Notes: a model not told the origin generated them from the sequence alone. A DNA stretch of 64,000 bases from an uncultured Candidatus Rokubacteria bacterium (GCA_963789955.1 CAWBMV010000003.1:32001-96000), one strand, 5' to 3'. Counted from the first letter of the stretch, positions 30,089-41,278 are shown. A program made the numbers and translations.

Positions 30089-30979
30089 CTAGTGGAGGAG
30101 CTTCAGGAGGGCGTCGACGACCGCCTTCGGCTCCTCGCGCGGCATGAAATGACCGACGCCCGGTACGACGCGCCGCTCGGTTCCCGCCGGAAACTGTGGA
30201 AGCTCGGCCTCGGCGCGCTTGGGCGGGCCGACCGTGTCGTCCGCGCCGTGAAGGATCACGGTGGGCACGGTGATCGCCGGCCGCTCGGCGAGGCGCCGCT
30301 CGATCGCGTCCAGGCGCCCATCGCCCGGAGCGTTGCCGTGACGGTGGCGGTACGAGTGGATCACCACCGCGACGAAATCGGGATTGTCGAACGACGGGGC
30401 GGTACGCTCGAACGCCGCCGGCTCGAATCGCCAGGTCGGCGACCATTCCTGCCACAGGAGCCGGCAGATGTCGCGCCGGTTCTGCTCGAGCCCCTGGCGT
30501 CCGCGCTCGGTGTTGAAGTACCACTGATACCAGTACGAGCGCTCGGCCTTCGCTGAGGCCGGCGGCGCCGGTGTCACCGTGTTCTGGACGTTGTAGCCGC
30601 CGATCGTGACGAGCGCGCGGACCCGTTCGGGCGCGAGGATCGCCGAGATGCACGCGGCGCGCCCGCCCCAGTCGTAGCCGGCGAGTGCGGCCGGGGCCAG
30701 GCGGAGCGCGGCCATGAACTCGAGCAGGTCCTGGCTGATCGCGGCTTGCTGCGCCATGCGCGGTTCGTTCGAATCGAGAAAGCGCGTCGGCCCGTAGCCG
30801 CGCAGGTAGGGGACGAGCACGCGGCAGCCCGCAGTGGCGAGGGCAGGCGCGACGTCGTCGAACGCGCGCGCGTCGTCGGGAAAGCCGTGGAGCAGGACGA
30901 CGGGCGTACCTCCAGGATTGCCGTGCGCCTCGTACCCGATCTCGATCGTCGGCGTGCGTACCGTGAGGATGTCGGGCAT
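30089..30979 (-). CDS. Alpha/beta hydrolase (epoxide hydrolase-like)
   Basis: LLHGFPD, LRGYG, GYDWGG, GVGHFMPRE. Confidence 0.92.
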   Translation of the reverse strand: MPDILTVRTPTIEIGYEAHGNPGGTPVVLLHGFPDDARAFDDVAPALATAGCRVLVPYLRGYGPTRFLDSNEPRMAQQAAISQDLLEFMAALRLAPAALAGYDWGGRAACISAILAPERVRALVTIGGYNVQNTVTPAPPASAKAERSYWYQWYFNTERGRQGLEQNRRDICRLLWQEWSPTWRFEPAAFERTAPSFDNPDFVAVVIHSYRHRHGNAPGDGRLDAIERRLAERPAITVPTVILHGADDTVGPPKRAEAELPQFPAGTERRVVPGVGHFMPREEPKAVVDALLKLLH

Positions 30980-30986
30980 TGGACGC

Positions 30987-32002
30987 CTAGCCCATCAGGA
31001 GGGCGCCCGGCACCTCGCGCCCCATCGTCTGGATCTGCTCGCGGCTGATGCCCTCGGCCTGCGAGCGCCGCCACGAACATCTGGAGACCATCGGCGGGCG
31101 TCGGGTTGCCGGTCTGGCCGAGATCGGTGCCGAGCACGAAGTGCTGCGCGCCGACGCTCTTGATGCACGCGGCGGTCATCGGCGAGCGGCACGCGCGGCG
31201 AGTGGCGCATCCACTCGAGCGGCGCCTCCGGCCCCACCAGCATGCCGAGCGCGCACAGCTCCATCTTCGCGCCCATGGCCGCCGCCTTCTTCATCTGCGC
31301 CTCGTTCATGCCGACCACGTCGAACTGCGCGTGGGTGACCACGATGCGGTCGCAGCCTTCCTCGCGCGCGGCCGCGATGAGGGCCAGCGCCTGCTCGGCC
31401 GAGGCGTGCCCCGTGTGGACGACGAGCCGCTGGGCGGCGCAGACCTTCAGGACCTCGCGCGACCGCCGGCAGCACCGCGCCGCGCTCGTCGACCACGCGG
31501 ATCGCCCGAGGGCGCCGTGCCCGCGTGGCGCACGTGGTTGTCGGCGTCGAAGGTCGGGAACCACACGACGCGGCCGTAGCCGCCCTGCATCCGCCACATC
31601 CACTCGACGGCCTGCGGGTTGAGCCCGCCGACGGCGCGGTTGAGCGTGACGCCGCCGAAGATCTTGACGCCGGGCACGTGCTTGCGCGCGAGCCACGCGC
31701 GGTCGGCGGTGAGGGTGACGTGGCTCTTGAACACCACCGCTTCCATCTGCCGCGCGGCGGCCAGCGAGGCCAGCTCGTCGTCGTCCACGGCGCGGCCGAA
31801 GACGTCGGGCGCCGCGTGCGTGTGGAAGTCGATCAGGCCGCGGATGGGGCTGACCGGCGGCGGAGGGGGCGAGTAGCCGCGCACGCCCGGAGCGGCGGCC
31901 GTCTCGCGCGTGGCGGCGCCGGGCGCGTGGCGCCCGCGCGCCGCGCGCGCCGCCGATCGCGGCGGCGCCGCGTGGCCAGCGCGATCTCGCGATCGGCCGC
32001 AT
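30987..32002 (-). CDS. DUF6282-like metal-dependent hydrolase, multiply frameshifted
   Basis: IDFHTHAAPD, KSH, GGVTLN..VGGLNP, VWFPT, TGH, VTH, GTDLGQ motifs spread across frames. Confidence 0.7.
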
Positions 32003-32079
32003 GGCGGCAGCCGCAGACGAACGGACGAAGCGTCATCGGGCCAGATCATACGTCAAACCTCGCATCAGCGGGCCGCGGC

Positions 32080-32886
32080 TCACCACATCACGACGCCCCC
32101 GTCGATGTTGATCGACTGGCCGGTCATGAACGCCGCGGCCGGCGAGCAGAGAAACCCGATGAGTCCGGCGACTTCCTCGTCGCTGGCCGCGCGTCCCATC
32201 GGAATCCGCTCGAGCTGGGCCTGCCAGCCGGCGCCGCGCCCCAGCACGTCCATGCGCGCGGTGTCGATCGTGCCGGGGCAGACGGCATTGACCGTGATGC
32301 CGTGACGCGCGAGCTCCATGGCCAGGGACTGCGTGAGCCCCTGGATGCCGAAGTTGGCGACGTTGTACGCCGCGGTATTCGGGCTGCCGCGCTTTCCGGC
32401 GACGGAGGAGAGATTGATGATGCGCCCCGAGCGCTGTTTCACCATGATCGGCACGATGCGCTTGGCCAGCAAGAACGCGCCGGTGAGCTTGATCTCGAGC
32501 ACGCGGTGCCACACGGTCTCGTCGAGCTCGGTGACGGGCACGCGGTCGTTGCCGCGCGGGTATGCGGCGTTGTTCACGAGCACGTCGATTCGCCCGAAGG
32601 CGGCCATGACGCGATCGACGAGATCCTGGACCGACGCAGCCCGGCTCACGTCGCCGACCCACGTCAGGGCGCGGCGTCCGCGCTCGCGGATCTGCTGGGC
32701 CGTGCTCTCGACGTCCTTCCATCCCGCCTGCTTTTCGTCGTCCGGGTACGAGGCGGGATCACGGCCCGTGCCCGTCACCACGACGTCGGCGCCCTCGCTC
32801 GCGAGCGCGATCGCCGTCGCCCGGCCGATGCCGCGCAACCGCCCGGCGCCCGTCACGATCGCAACCTTTCCGTCCAGATATCCCAT
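32080..32886 (-). CDS. SDR family oxidoreductase
   Basis: TGAGRLRGIG, NNA, YNVAN (Lys of YxxxK replaced), VNAVCPG. Confidence 0.9.
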   Translation of the reverse strand: MGYLDGKVAIVTGAGRLRGIGRATAIALASEGADVVVTGTGRDPASYPDDEKQAGWKDVESTAQQIRERGRRALTWVGDVSRAASVQDLVDRVMAAFGRIDVLVNNAAYPRGNDRVPVTELDETVWHRVLEIKLTGAFLLAKRIVPIMVKQRSGRIINLSSVAGKRGSPNTAAYNVANFGIQGLTQSLAMELARHGITVNAVCPGTIDTARMDVLGRGAGWQAQLERIPMGRAASDEEVAGLIGFLCSPAAAFMTGQSINIDGGVVMW

Positions 32887-33052
32887 GCGCTTTCTCCTCG
32901 TAATCGCTGCTGGCGGGTACGTTACTGGCTTTGCACGTCGGTGGCTAGTCGGGTGTGAGGGTTTGGGCTTGACGAAGGGAGGCCTAGGTCGCAGGCTCTG
33001 GCGTGACGCACGGACCAGCACGAGACGGACTATACAGCGGGAGGGATCGGAC

Positions 33053-33838
33053 ATGGCGGGACGGGTCGAGGGGAAGGTGGCGTTGGTGACCGGGGGTGGG
33101 AGTGGGATCGGTCGGGCCTGTGCCATGAGGTTCGCGGGGGAGGGAGCGAACGTTTGCGTGGCCGATCTCGACCTGAAGGCGGCGACGGAGACCGCGCAGC
33201 TGGTGGAGGGGGCTGGGCGGAAGTCGGTGGCGGTCCAGGTCGATACGACCGACGAGGCCGCGAACGATGCGATGGTCAAGCGGTGCGTCGATGCGCTCGG
33301 TGCGGTGGACATCCTCGTCGCCGCGGCCGGCATCGGCGCCGTGCGCGTGCCGGGGGCGACGTCGTACCAGCCGCACACGCTGTTGAGCATTCCGATGGAT
33401 CAGTTCCGTCGAGTCATCGACGTCAACCTCTACGGCGTCCTGTTCTCGAACCGGGCGGTGGCGCGCTGGATGACGGAGCACCGACGCGGCGGCAGCATCA
33501 TCAACCTCGCGTCGATCATGTCGAAGATGCCGTCGACGAGCGCCCCCTACAGCGTGAGCAAGGCCGGCGTCTGGATGCTGACGAAGTGCCTGGCGCAAGA
33601 GCTTGCCACGCAGGGCATTCGCGTCAACGCGATCGGTCCCGGCTTCATCGAGACGCCGATGACCGAGGCCATGCGCGCAGACGCGGCGCGCTCCAACTGG
33701 GCGATGAGCGTGACGCCGATGGGACGCTACGGCAAGCCGGAGGAGATCGCGTCGACCGCGCTGTTCCTGGCTTCCGACGACGCGTCCTACTTCACCGGCG
33801 AGCTCCTGCACCCGTCGGGTGGTGTGTTCGTCGGCTGA
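33053..33838 (+). CDS. SDR family oxidoreductase
   Basis: TGGGSGIG, YSVSK, VNAIGPG. Confidence 0.92.
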   Translation: MAGRVEGKVALVTGGGSGIGRACAMRFAGEGANVCVADLDLKAATETAQLVEGAGRKSVAVQVDTTDEAANDAMVKRCVDALGAVDILVAAAGIGAVRVPGATSYQPHTLLSIPMDQFRRVIDVNLYGVLFSNRAVARWMTEHRRGGSIINLASIMSKMPSTSAPYSVSKAGVWMLTKCLAQELATQGIRVNAIGPGFIETPMTEAMRADAARSNWAMSVTPMGRYGKPEEIASTALFLASDDASYFTGELLHPSGGVFVG

Positions 33839-34617
33839 GCGTCGCTCCGCTCGTGGCGGCAAGCGCCCCGCCGACGACGACGATCTCGGCGCCGCTGATC
33901 CACGCGACGTCGTCGGACGCGAGGAAGAGCGCGCAGCGCGCGATGTCCTCGGGCTCGCCGACGCGGCCGAGCGGGATGCCGCGCCCTCCGCCGCCTCCTG
34001 CTCCACGCCCTCGATGATGTCCGCGGTCAGTCGGGTCCGGATCGTGCCGGGACAGATCGCGTTGACGCCGGATGCGGTCGCGGCCGTAGGACGCCGCCAT
34101 CGCGTGGGTGAGCGCGAGCACCGCGCCCTTCGATGCGGCGTACGCGTGGGTCGGCCGGCTCATCGAGCCGCGGAAGGCGCGACACCGACGCCGTGTTGAT
34201 GATCGAGCCGCCGCCGCGGCGCGCATCGCGGGCACGGCGGCGCGGCTCACGAGGTACATCGCGCGCACGTTCACGTCCTGCGCGAGGTCCCACGCTCGAG
34301 GTCGATCGTCTCGACGGTGCCACCCACCACCATGGTACCGACGCCGGCGTTGTTGAACAGCACGTCGAGCCGGCCCCCACGTCGTGCGCGCCGATCTCGA
34401 CGGCGCGGGGCACGGGGCGGGGCTCGCGAGATCGGCGATGACCGGCGCGACCTCACCACCGGCGGTGCGCACGGCCGTCGACGGTGGTGCCAGCTCGTCC
34501 TCCCACATCGGTCATCACGACCCCGCGCCCGCCCGCGCGAACGGCGACCGCGCTCGCCCGCCCGATCCCCGTCGCCGCGCCGGTGATGATCGCGACCTTC
34601 CCGTCGAGCATTCCCAT
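33792..34617 (-). CDS. SDR family oxidoreductase, multiply frameshifted
   Basis: MGMLDGKVAIITGAATGIG, LFNNAG, YAASK, PLGRVGEPEDIA spread across frames. End approximate. Confidence 0.75.
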
Positions 34618-34696
34618 GCACGTTCTCCTGACTAGGCTGGCTAGGGTGGCTTCGCTCGCGCGAGGCGTCGCCGCATTTCGGGAGTCGACGGCGACG

Positions 34697-34847
34697 CGGG
34701 GCGGGCAGGGCGGCGGTAGGGGTCGCAGCGACCCGTTCCCTCCACGCGTCGTCGGACATGGCGCGCCTGGATGGAGCCCAGCCGCCCCGGAACAGCGAAC
34801 GCGTGCCGCGTGGCCGCGCGAGCCCTACCGCCGCCCTGCCCGCCCCG
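34697..34847. repeat. 151-bp intergenic element with perfect 25-bp terminal inverted repeats (MITE/REPIN-like)
   Basis: cggggcgggcagggcggcggtaggg (34697-34721) is the exact reverse complement of 34823-34847. Confidence 0.8.
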
Positions 34848-34856
34848 AACCGCCAA

Positions 34857-36013
34857 TCAGCCCCACAGACGCTTCGTTGCCAGGTCCGCGCCTTCCCGGA
34901 GCGTGCGAAGCTTCGTCCACACCACGCTCTCCTCGACCAGCTGCGAGCCGGCGAACGTGCCGAAGCCGCAGTCGACGCCAGCCACGACGCGCGTCCGGTC
35001 GCCGACCGCGGCGACGGCAGCGGTGATGCGGTCGGCGACGACCTCCGGATGCTCGACAACGTTGGTCGTGGAATCGATGACGCCGGGCAGGAACAGCATC
35101 CCGTCGGGGAGCGGGTGGCGGCGGAACGCCTTCAGCTCGTGCTGATGCCGCGGGCTGGCGAGTGGAAGCGACAGCGCGCCGACCCGCGCGCGGTAGACGA
35201 TCGGCAGGAGCGGCTCGAGCGGCACGTCGTGCGTGTGCGGCCCGTCGTAGTTGCCCCAGCAGAGATGGAGGCGGATCCGGTCCGGTGGAATGGTCGCGAC
35301 GGCCTCGTTGATCGCGTCGATGTGCAGCGCGACCGCGCGGAGGAAGCCGTCGAGCGACTCGTCCTGGAAGAAGCGCGCGCGCTCCATCGCGAGATCGGGA
35401 CAATCGAGCTGGAGCACGAAGCCCCGGGCCACGATCAGCTCGTACTCCTTGCGCATCTCGCGGGCCAGCGCCCGGATGTAGCGCTCGTGAGAGCCGTAGA
35501 AGGCGTCGAGCATGATCGTCGCGATCACGCCCGGCGACGCCGCGTCATGAACGCCTCGGCGAACTTCGATCGCTCCGTGCCAGCGGCGCTGGAACAGCCG
35601 CACTCGGCCTCCGCCTCGCTCAGATCGGTGTAGCCCACCTCGGCTACCGCCTGCGGCGCGTTCGAGATGCGAGCGGCGCCCGCGCGCTGCCGTGCGAGCC
35701 GCGCCGTGTAGTCGGGATGCGTCGATCTGGTCCAGCGACAGCCGCCGCTTGCTCTCGCCGCCGAAGCCCTTCATCCGCCGGGCCGGGTACGTCGAGAAGC
35801 CCACGCGCGGCTGCTCACCGTCGTTGCCGATGTCGACGCCGGCGGCGAGCTGCTGCTTCACGACGTGACGGACGGCGGCCTCGGCTTCGCGCGCGAGCGC
35901 GGCGGTGTCCACGGGCTCGCCACGATCTTGCTGCACCAGCAAGTCGCGAAGCGCCGGGGGACGGGGAAGGCTACCGACGTGCGTGGTCAGGATCCGCTGC
36001 TCGCTGGTTTCAT
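34857..36013 (-). CDS. Cobalamin-independent methionine synthase II-like protein
   Basis: ILTTHVGSLPRP, DGEQ, LQLDCPDL, HLCWGN, PGVID, DCGFGT. Internal compensating indels. Confidence 0.85.
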
Positions 36014-36070
36014 GGAGCGGACTGTACCACTTCGGGGGCGGGCGCGGCGGGTGCCGCTCTGAGCCAGGCT

Positions 36071-36322
36071 CTACGGCGTTACAGCAGCGCGACGCTCGTC
36101 ATTCCAGAGTCTGTAGCAGTCGCCGTGGAAGCGAACGGACTTCCTGTCGCTCGTCGACGGGTAGACCTCCTTCATGAGCAGGGCGTGCGGCATCCTCTCC
36201 TCGCAGGCGTCGCACTTCTGCCAGTTGCCTGGACGCCCAAACGCTCTCGGGATGCTGCCAAGCGGCAGCCGGCCGTCCTGGAGTTTCTGCCGGATGAGGA
36301 GACGAATCGCTTCAGCTTGCAT
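36071..36322 (-). CDS. Small hypothetical protein with CxxC...HxxC putative zinc site
   Basis: IRQKLQDGRLP...CDAC...FHGDCYRLW. Confidence 0.6.
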   Translation of the reverse strand: MQAEAIRLLIRQKLQDGRLPLGSIPRAFGRPGNWQKCDACEERMPHALLMKEVYPSTSDRKSVRFHGDCYRLWNDERRAAVTP

Positions 36323-36527
36323 TGCGCTCCACATCCCAGAGGGAGAAGTGTCGGATGAGCGCACGAGGGTCAGCGTTTTCCATGGCCTCGCCGAGGGGGC
36401 AGTCGCAGCAGGAGAAGATGCGCCAGATTCACCGGAGTCTCGACGCCCGAGAGCGTCAAACGGGTAAGGCCGAGGTGCAGGCAAGTCAAGAGTACCACGG
36501 GAGCGCGCGGCCCGGCAGGGCGCGCGC

Positions 36528-37387
36528 TTACGACGACGGCGCCGCCTGCTTGCCGCGGTAGTACTCCTCCAGGAATCGGCGCGTGCTGCTCGGCCGTCGC
36601 GCGGGCCCATTCGCGCGCCGGCAGCTTGACCGACTTCGGCATCGGAATCTCCACGCTCAGCGGCAACCCGGGCGGAAGCGCGTCCAGGATCTGGCGGAGC
36701 GGCACGATGCCGTCACCCGGCATGCAGCGCTCGTCGGGGCTCATCCGACCGAGCTTCGAGAGATCGGGCTCGCCGGGCGCGAGGACGCCGTCGGACAGCT
36801 GCGCGTAGGGAAACAGCCGGGGCTCGAGCCCGCGCAGGAATGCCGCGCTCCCGCCGCCGCGGACGAAATTGAGGGGGTCGAGGCAGATCACGCCGTTCTT
36901 GCGGCCGAGCTCGGGAGAGAAGGCGCAGCGCCTGCGACAGGGTCGCGAGCGGCCGGATGACCGCGAACTCGAGGGCGGCGGAGATCCCGAATTGCGCGGC
37001 CATGTCGCAGAAGCGCCCCATGCTGTTGCGAAGGCGCGCCCAGTCCGCATCGTCGCCGGCCACGAGCGCGTACCGGGCGCCGAGCTCCGCGCCGAGCTCC
37101 AGCGCCGGCTCGAACGCGTCGAAGTCGGTCGTGGGCTGCAGATAGAAGGTCAGGATGTCGAGCACGCTCAGACCCGAGCTCGCGAGGATCAGCTTGAGCT
37201 CGCGGATCAGCGGCGCGTTGCCGACGACCGGGTAGAACGGAAACAGCGGCGACCGCGCGAGGCGCAGCCCGACGGCGTCGTAGCCGGCCGCGGCGGCAGC
37301 CTCTACATATTCGAGGGGTGGTGTATCGGGCAAGGTCGGGGGCGAGATCGCGACCAGGTGGCGGATCACAGGAACCTGATCATACAC
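36528..37387 (-). CDS. Sugar phosphate isomerase/epimerase (TIM barrel), frameshifted
   Basis: AAAAGYDAVGLR, ALEF, D.LN, YAQLSD, R.MPGDG, SVEIP. Confidence 0.8.
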
Positions 37388-37449
37388 GGTCTCGACGGTC
37401 CGGCCCTGGTGTACTCTCTTCGGCGAACTTCTACTCCAAGGAGGCCCGC

Positions 37450-37770
37450 ATGTTCTTCGAGCTCCGTCAGTACCAGATGCGCCCCGGGCAGCGCGAGAAG
37501 TGGGTGAAGTGCATGGAAGAGGAGATCATCCCGTTCCAGGTCAAGATGGGCATGGTCATCCTCGGCAGCTTCGTCGGCGAGGAAGACGAGAACACCTACG
37601 TCTGGATCCGACGCTTCGAGAACGAGCAGGAGCGCAAGCGCCTCGACGACGCGGTCTACCAGAGCGACTACTGGAAGAACGAGATCTCGCCGAAGGTCGG
37701 CACGCTCATCGACCGCGAGCAGATCAAGGTGACGCGGCTGGTGGCGACGCCCCACTCGGTGATCCAGTAA
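37450..37770 (+). CDS. NIPSNAP family protein
   Basis: FELRQY, YVWIRRF. RBS AGGAGG. Confidence 0.88.
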   Translation: MFFELRQYQMRPGQREKWVKCMEEEIIPFQVKMGMVILGSFVGEEDENTYVWIRRFENEQERKRLDDAVYQSDYWKNEISPKVGTLIDREQIKVTRLVATPHSVIQ

Positions 37771-37788
37771 GGCGGCGAGACCCCGGCG

Positions 37789-38559
37789 ATGATACCCTGC
37801 GCGACCGCGTGGCCATCGTCACGGGGCGAGCCAGGGGGATCGGGCGAGCCATCGCGGTGGAGCTGGCCCGCGTCGGCGCGCACGTGGTCGCGTGCAGCCG
37901 GAAGGCGGCCACGCTCGAGCCGGTCGCGGCCGAACCGTGCGCGCCCAGGGCCGCCGGCGCTCGCCCTCGCGTGCGACGTGGGCGACGCCGCGCCAGGTGG
38001 ACGCGGTGGTCGCCCGGACGGTGGAGGAGTTCGGGCGCATCGATCTCCTCGTGAACAATGCCGGCTACCGCATCCGCTCGCCCCTCGAGGATCTCCCGCG
38101 CCACGAGTGGGACGCGATGATGGCCACCAACCTCACCGGCGTGTTCCTCTTCCCCAGGCCGCCGGGCGCGTGATGATTCGCCAGCGCGCCGGCCGCATCG
38201 TCAACGTCACCTCGGTGGCTGGCCGCACGGGGGCGCGCGGCATGGCCGCGTACGCGGCGGCCAAGGCCGGCGCGACCGCGCTCACCCAGAGCCTCGGCGC
38301 CGAGTGGGCGAAGCATGGCATCACCGTCAACGCCGTCGCGCCCGGCCCGACGGAGACGGAGGGCGTGCTCGAGGTGTGGAAGACTCCGGCGATGATCGCC
38401 CAGGCCTCGCGCGAGGTGCCGCTCCAGCGGCTGGGCCGCCCGGAGGAGATCGCGTGGGCGGTGATCTTCGCGGCGTCGGATCGGGCAAACTTCGTGACGG
38501 CCGAGACAGTTTACGTGAGCGGGGGCCCGCGAGCGGCTCACCGCGAGGACACCACATGA
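37789..38559 (+). CDS. SDR family oxidoreductase, frameshifted
   Basis: RVAIVTG..RGIG, LVNNAG, YAAAK, VNAVAPG. Confidence 0.8.
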   Translation: MIPCATAWPSSRGEPGGSGEPSRWSWPASARTWSRAAGRRPRSSRSRPNRARPGPPALALACDVGDAAPGGRGGRPDGGGVRAHRSPREQCRLPHPLAPRGSPAPRVGRDDGHQPHRRVPLPQAAGRVMIRQRAGRIVNVTSVAGRTGARGMAAYAAAKAGATALTQSLGAEWAKHGITVNAVAPGPTETEGVLEVWKTPAMIAQASREVPLQRLGRPEEIAWAVIFAASDRANFVTAETVYVSGGPRAAHREDTT

Positions 38560-39624
38560 ACGTCGCATTCGGAGTGAGCCTGAGCCCGGGAACACCGTTG
38601 CTGCAGGAAAAGGACACGCAACGCTTCATCGACCTCGCGAGGATGGCCGACGACTACGGCGCCGAGGCGGTCGGCACGCACGACACCGCGTTCATCGGGG
38701 GCGACGCGTACGTCAGGGCGACGCTGATCGCGCTCGGCGCGCCGCGGGCGCGCGTCGGCCTTCGCCCGACGAACCCGCTCACGCGCGAGCCGCAGGTGAT
38801 GGCGTCCTTCCTGGCGTCGATCGACAGCTTGACGAGCGGGCGCGCGTTCATGGACATGGCCAGCGGGGACAGCGCCGTGCTCAACATCGGCTACCAGGTC
38901 GCAACCCGCGCGCGGATCGAGGACTACGTGACGTGCGTGCGTGATCTCCTCGCCAAGGGCGAAGCGACCTACCAGGGACGGCCCCAGCGCGTCCGCTGGG
39001 CGTCCACCGTGACCCGCCAGCGTATTCCCATCTTCATCTGCGCCGAGGGCCCGAGGATGCTGCACCTGGGCGGCCGGATCGGCGATGGCGTCACCGCCGG
39101 CACCGGACTGCTCCCCGACGTGATCAAGGACACCATCGCCCGCGTCCACGCGGGCGCCCGCGACGCGGGCCGCGATCCGTCCGACGTCGACGTCTGGTTC
39201 ACCGCCAGGACTTCGCTGGACGAGGATCGCGACCGGGCGATCGAGGGCGTCAAGGCCTCGGTGTCGTCGATCCTCAACCACTCGATGCGCTTTGGGCTCG
39301 ACGGCAAGCACGTGCCCGACGAGCTGCGCGCGAAGGTCCAGGAATACGTCGACGGCTACGAGCTGTACGACCACGTGCTCCAGGACGGCCGGAATCCCAG
39401 GCGCATGGAAGCGCTCGGGCTGACGCGTTACGCGCTCGACCGGTTCGCCCTCGCTGGCAACGCGAGCGACTGGATCAAGCGGATCGAGCAGATCGCCGAG
39501 GCGGGGGCCCGAAGGATCTGGGTCAGTCTGCGGGCGACCGATATGGAGACCCAGCTGCGCTACATGAAGATCCTCGGCGGCGAGATCATGTCCCGGTTCG
39601 CAGATCATGTCTCGGTTTGTGTAG
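38556..39624 (+). CDS. LLM class flavin-dependent oxidoreductase
   Basis: TNPLTREP, IDSLTSGR, GDSA, AEGPRML..GRIGDG. The 3' end is duplicated; as written the ORF runs on to 39776. Confidence 0.85.
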
Positions 39625-40491
39625 CGGAGGCGAGGGCCTCGCGCGGGCGCTCGCCGAGAGGTCGGCTCGCCTTGGCGTCGATGGCCGCCGTCCAGATGGC
39701 GGTGCTCTTCCTCGGTCATGCTGCCGCGCGGGCGCGAGCCGGCCGTCCTGGTAATTCCAGGCGCCGACGTCGATGAGGTACTGCTCGCGCGAGGGCAGCG
39801 TGCCCTGGCAGACCGCGTCGCGCGGAGCCTCGCGCGGCCTGCTCGTGCTGGAGCTGGCGAAGGAGCTCGCGCATCACCGAGCCCGGGAATGCGCCGCCGC
39901 TCGGCGGGATAGACGAACCCGAAGAGGATCAGGTGCGCGAGCAGCACGCGCCAGTGCGGGGCCGAAGCGGCGGAGCAGCCGGTCCCAGTCGAGCGTCCTC
40001 GGCGCACGGCGGCAGGATGTGCGCGACGTCGGCGCCGTCGTAGCGCTCGCGCTCCATGACGAACGCCTTCGACCAGATCGTCTCCTCGACCGGGCAGAGC
40101 TGCACGGCGAGCCCCAGGACGCCTCGGCCGACCGCGTGGGCGAACCAGTCGTCGTCGACGGTCGCGACGCCGTTGCCCGAGCTGAAGATGATGTCGACGA
40201 AGTCGTCCCCGCTGTGCGCCTTGCCGAGCCAGTGCGGGAAGCGGGACTCCGTGCGGTAGCCCGGCGCGCGCGAGCGCCTCGAGCACCGCCCGACGTCCTC
40301 GGGCCGCACGAACAGGTCGAGGTCCTTCGGTGTGCGCGCGATGCCCGTGTAGCGCTCGAGCGCGTAGGCCGCCGCCGACGAGGAACGGCATGCGCCCGCG
40401 GCGCAGCGTCTCCATGGCCTCGCGATAGAACGTGCGCAGCGCCCGGATGTGTCGTCCGCGCAGGAGGAGAGGCGGGCGTCACCGGTACCAT
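39605..40491 (-). CDS. Nucleotidyltransferase family protein, multiply frameshifted
   Basis: PFLVGG.YA...KDLDLFVRP, HWLGKA, FVDIIFSSGNG, SKAFVMERERYDGAD, LLAHLILFGFVYP. Ends approximate. Confidence 0.75.
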
Positions 40492-41278
40492 TGCTCGCGG
40501 CTGCGGCGCGTGCCGGCGGCGCGCAGGCTCGGGGCGCGGTCACGGGAATCTCGACCACCCGGAAGGGCGGAGCGGTCGGGAAACGCGATCTGCTGGAGCA
40601 GCGGCAGCGCCACGTTGTAGACCGGCACGCCGGCGACGTGTTCGCCCCTCGAGCGGACCGTGGTGCGCGTGGCCGTGGAAGACCGCGGTCGACGGGGTAG
40701 CGGTTGATCGGCTCCTCGAGCCGGCTCGAGCCGAGGAACGGAAAGATCTCGGGCGGCTCGCCCTCGACCGTGCCGCGATCGGCGCGTAGTGGAGCAGGGC
40801 GACGCGTCCGGGCGTGCGCAGCCGCGCCAGCGCCGACTCGAGCTTGAGCGCCTCGTCCACCGCCTCGTGCACGAACGCGCTTGATCGACCGCTTCGCCCC
40901 ACGGCCGGAGCGCGCGCTCGCCGAAGCCGCCGCCGAAGCCCTTGACCCCGGCGAAGCCGACGCCGTGCGATCTCGACGCATCGCCGTCGAGCAGCGACGC
41001 GCCGGCGTCGGTGAGGATCTTGCGGACTCGCTCGCGGCTTGCCCGATTCGAAGTCGTGGTTGCCGAGCACCGCGACGACGGGAACCTTCACCGTGGTGGT
41101 CAGCTCCTTGGCGAGGAACTGCGACCTCCTCGGGCAGACCGTAGTCGGTGAGGTCGCCGCAGAGCACGAGCACGTCGGCGTTCTCGGCGATCCGGGCGAA
41201 CAGCGTCTGCAAGAACCCGGAAGAGCTTCGCTTGCAATGGAGGTCGCCGACCGCGGCGACGCGGACCGAGCCGTTCAC
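40485..41278 (-). CDS. Metallophosphoesterase (calcineurin-like), multiply frameshifted
   Basis: GDLH, GDLTD, GNHD, HYAP, HGHAH motifs across frames. End approximate. Confidence 0.8.
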
